Assembly (NCBI GenBank): GCA_965208905.1
Contig: OZ242365.1
Span: 1,024,001 to 1,088,000, forward strand
Source: Nitrosopumilaceae archaeon
GTDB taxonomy: Archaea; Thermoproteota; Nitrososphaeria; Nitrososphaerales; Nitrosopumilaceae
DNA length: 64,000 bases
Reading direction: 5' to 3'
A model generated the notes under the pieces. The model saw only the letters and a list, made by a program, of their open reading frames with translations. It was not told where the DNA came from and searched no databases. A program made the position numbers and the translations under genes. Shown here one piece after another: positions 62,017 to 64,000 of this stretch (position 1 is the stretch's first letter; each line of letters begins with the position of its first letter).

Positions 62017-62069
62017 CTAATATAAGAGAGATAATTTAAAATCGCACAATTTAGTATTTAATCTTTAGA

Positions 62070-63382
62070 ATACCACCAGTTATACGATATATCGCCAGTG
62101 AGGCCATCGTATGTGCCTATACGGGTCCATTCATTGGCTACAACACCCCTATACCGTATTGTATTACATGTTTAGTACCACTATACACCAACCCCGATAA
62201 TGTTGTGTAATACGAGAGTGCAGCTGGCATCACTGCATCCATGATATGAGGGTTCGTACTTTGGGACAGCAACAGTGTATTGCCTAGAATCCAGACTGAG
62301 TCATATGCCAGATAATGATATAATTTCGTATCATCACCATACTTTTCACGTATAATATCAGATGTCAATGTATAAGGAGCATCCAGGCGTACGCCCACAA
62401 CATTTTGCGCAAACGTACTTTCTAGTATATCCACCAGGCCTATTGCAGAGTCAGATACACACCAATGTATGTTGTGTAATGTATCATATTGTGATGATTC
62501 AACCAAGACTTGATACTCGCTACCACTACCCAGTACCACAACCCCCACATGTTCTACGCCATATTTATCAGACATGCGGGACGTCTCATGTATGATACGC
62601 TGTACCTGTGTTTCAGTATTATATTATACCGGAACCGTCTCCATATCATTCAATACGGATGTTAAATTATTCAGTAGGTGTTTGGTTGCATCATTATATA
62701 ATATCACCATACCGTATATGTCATCATCATATATGACAGCACCAAATGCAACAGCGGTACTTCTGTCGGATGGGTACAAGTCGCGCATTGTACCAGATGT
62801 GCAGCAGCTTATATCAAACACATTATACTCAAAATCGGTAATCGGATCCAGTATTAATGAAATATTATTTGGTAGAGTATCGTTGTAGTGTATGGGCGTC
62901 ACCTGAAGAGGCCATGGATGGTTTTCTGCTTCTAAATGTTGATTAAAGTCATTTACACCAAGGTCTCCACGGCATAATGCAGGTCGGCTTGATTTTACCT
63001 GATGATGATATGTTGCGCAACCTTGCTAATGAAGTGCAAGATGCCATTATGCTTCACGAATGACGCATTTACTATCTGATGTATACGTCATATCTATACG
63101 AAGGGCGGTATTATCATACATTAATACGGGAATTGTTAGTGGGTGCAGAGTATGCAATACTATAGGAAGAGAGTCAGGTGTGGTATTATTTGGTCCTGAA
63201 TGGCCATCATATATCGATATATCATGTATTAGTGCAGCATCATCACAGTGTATGACAACCTAGTATTCGGTGGTATTAGATGGTACTGTAGCAGTGTAGT
63301 GGGCGGCATATACCTCAAATCCATTGGCGCTTGCAAGTGTAAATGCACATAATATTCCCACCATCACAAGTTGCACTCTCAT
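62070..63382 (-). pseudogene. Fragmented ABC (branched-chain amino acid type) substrate-binding protein
   Basis: Signal-peptide start at 63382, pieces at 62624-62902 and 62138-62575 (YLAYDSVWILG), with stops and frameshifts between. Confidence 0.65.
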
Positions 63383-64000
63383 AATACCACAAATATGCAA
63401 CCACTGTTAAATATAGTGTCCATATAAAATCCAAAAACTATCAAAACTTTAATAATTTTTTGTCCTCATGTGGGGCACTATATTGAAATGTCAGGTGGTC
63501 TACACTGTTGTTGTCAATCTTTGTTACATGACACGTATTTGTAAAATTTTCTATTATGTCAGGGAGTGTGTGATAATTTTTTTTAATTTTGCAGTTTGTT
63601 AAATTGTGTCGTATTTTTTACTATATAATTTGGTTTTCAAATAATTTTTGTGTAAAATTATATCATAATACGGATATATTTTTTTATAAATTTTAATCCC
63701 GCATCAGTTTTAATACTATTTCCGTTCAGTAGTCTGAATATCATATACAAAGTTGTACATAATAGATCGTGTGATATGTTAATTATTATCAACGGGTGAA
63801 TACAAATAAAAAAAGTACCGATGCAACCCCTCATTTAAACAGTATTAAATTATATAATGTTTAATTTGTCTCAGTATCTTGAACATTACCTGATGCAGAT
63901 ATCTCTGGTTAAATGTTATAAAAGACAAGTGTACGGTTCAAGAGATACTTGATGTGTGATCATCCAACCACATAGTAGGAACGCCACAATATATTTAAAA

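Overview
Archaeal chromosomal window. Gene content and style (HMG-CoA synthase, cofC/cofD, aIF1, rpS8e, Tsr3, methylmalonyl-CoA mutase small subunit, nadX/nadA, leaderless TATA promoters) suggest Nitrososphaerota/Nitrosopumilaceae; the heavy IS load and AT-rich decaying spacers suggest a host-associated lineage (inference). Housekeeping blocks alternate with mobile DNA: two intact IS481 copies, two IS3 copies, IS630, an IS1595 element carrying a DNA methyltransferase-HNH fusion, nested MITEs, two MNT-HEPN pairs and an eroded ICE-like region near tRNA-Thr. The most striking signal is two catalytically intact tnpB (RNA-guided nuclease) genes with no TnpA. Each is bracketed by terminal inverted repeats (TIRs) of DDE-type IS (IS1595-like and putative IS5-like), and each ORF stops inside its 3' TIR. 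Two further tnpB/right-end remnants lie inside IS6-like ends. This points to repeated capture of TnpB by TIR/DDE transposons, paralleling eukaryotic Fanzors. No CRISPR array was found. All family assignments come from motif recognition by eye, not database searches.
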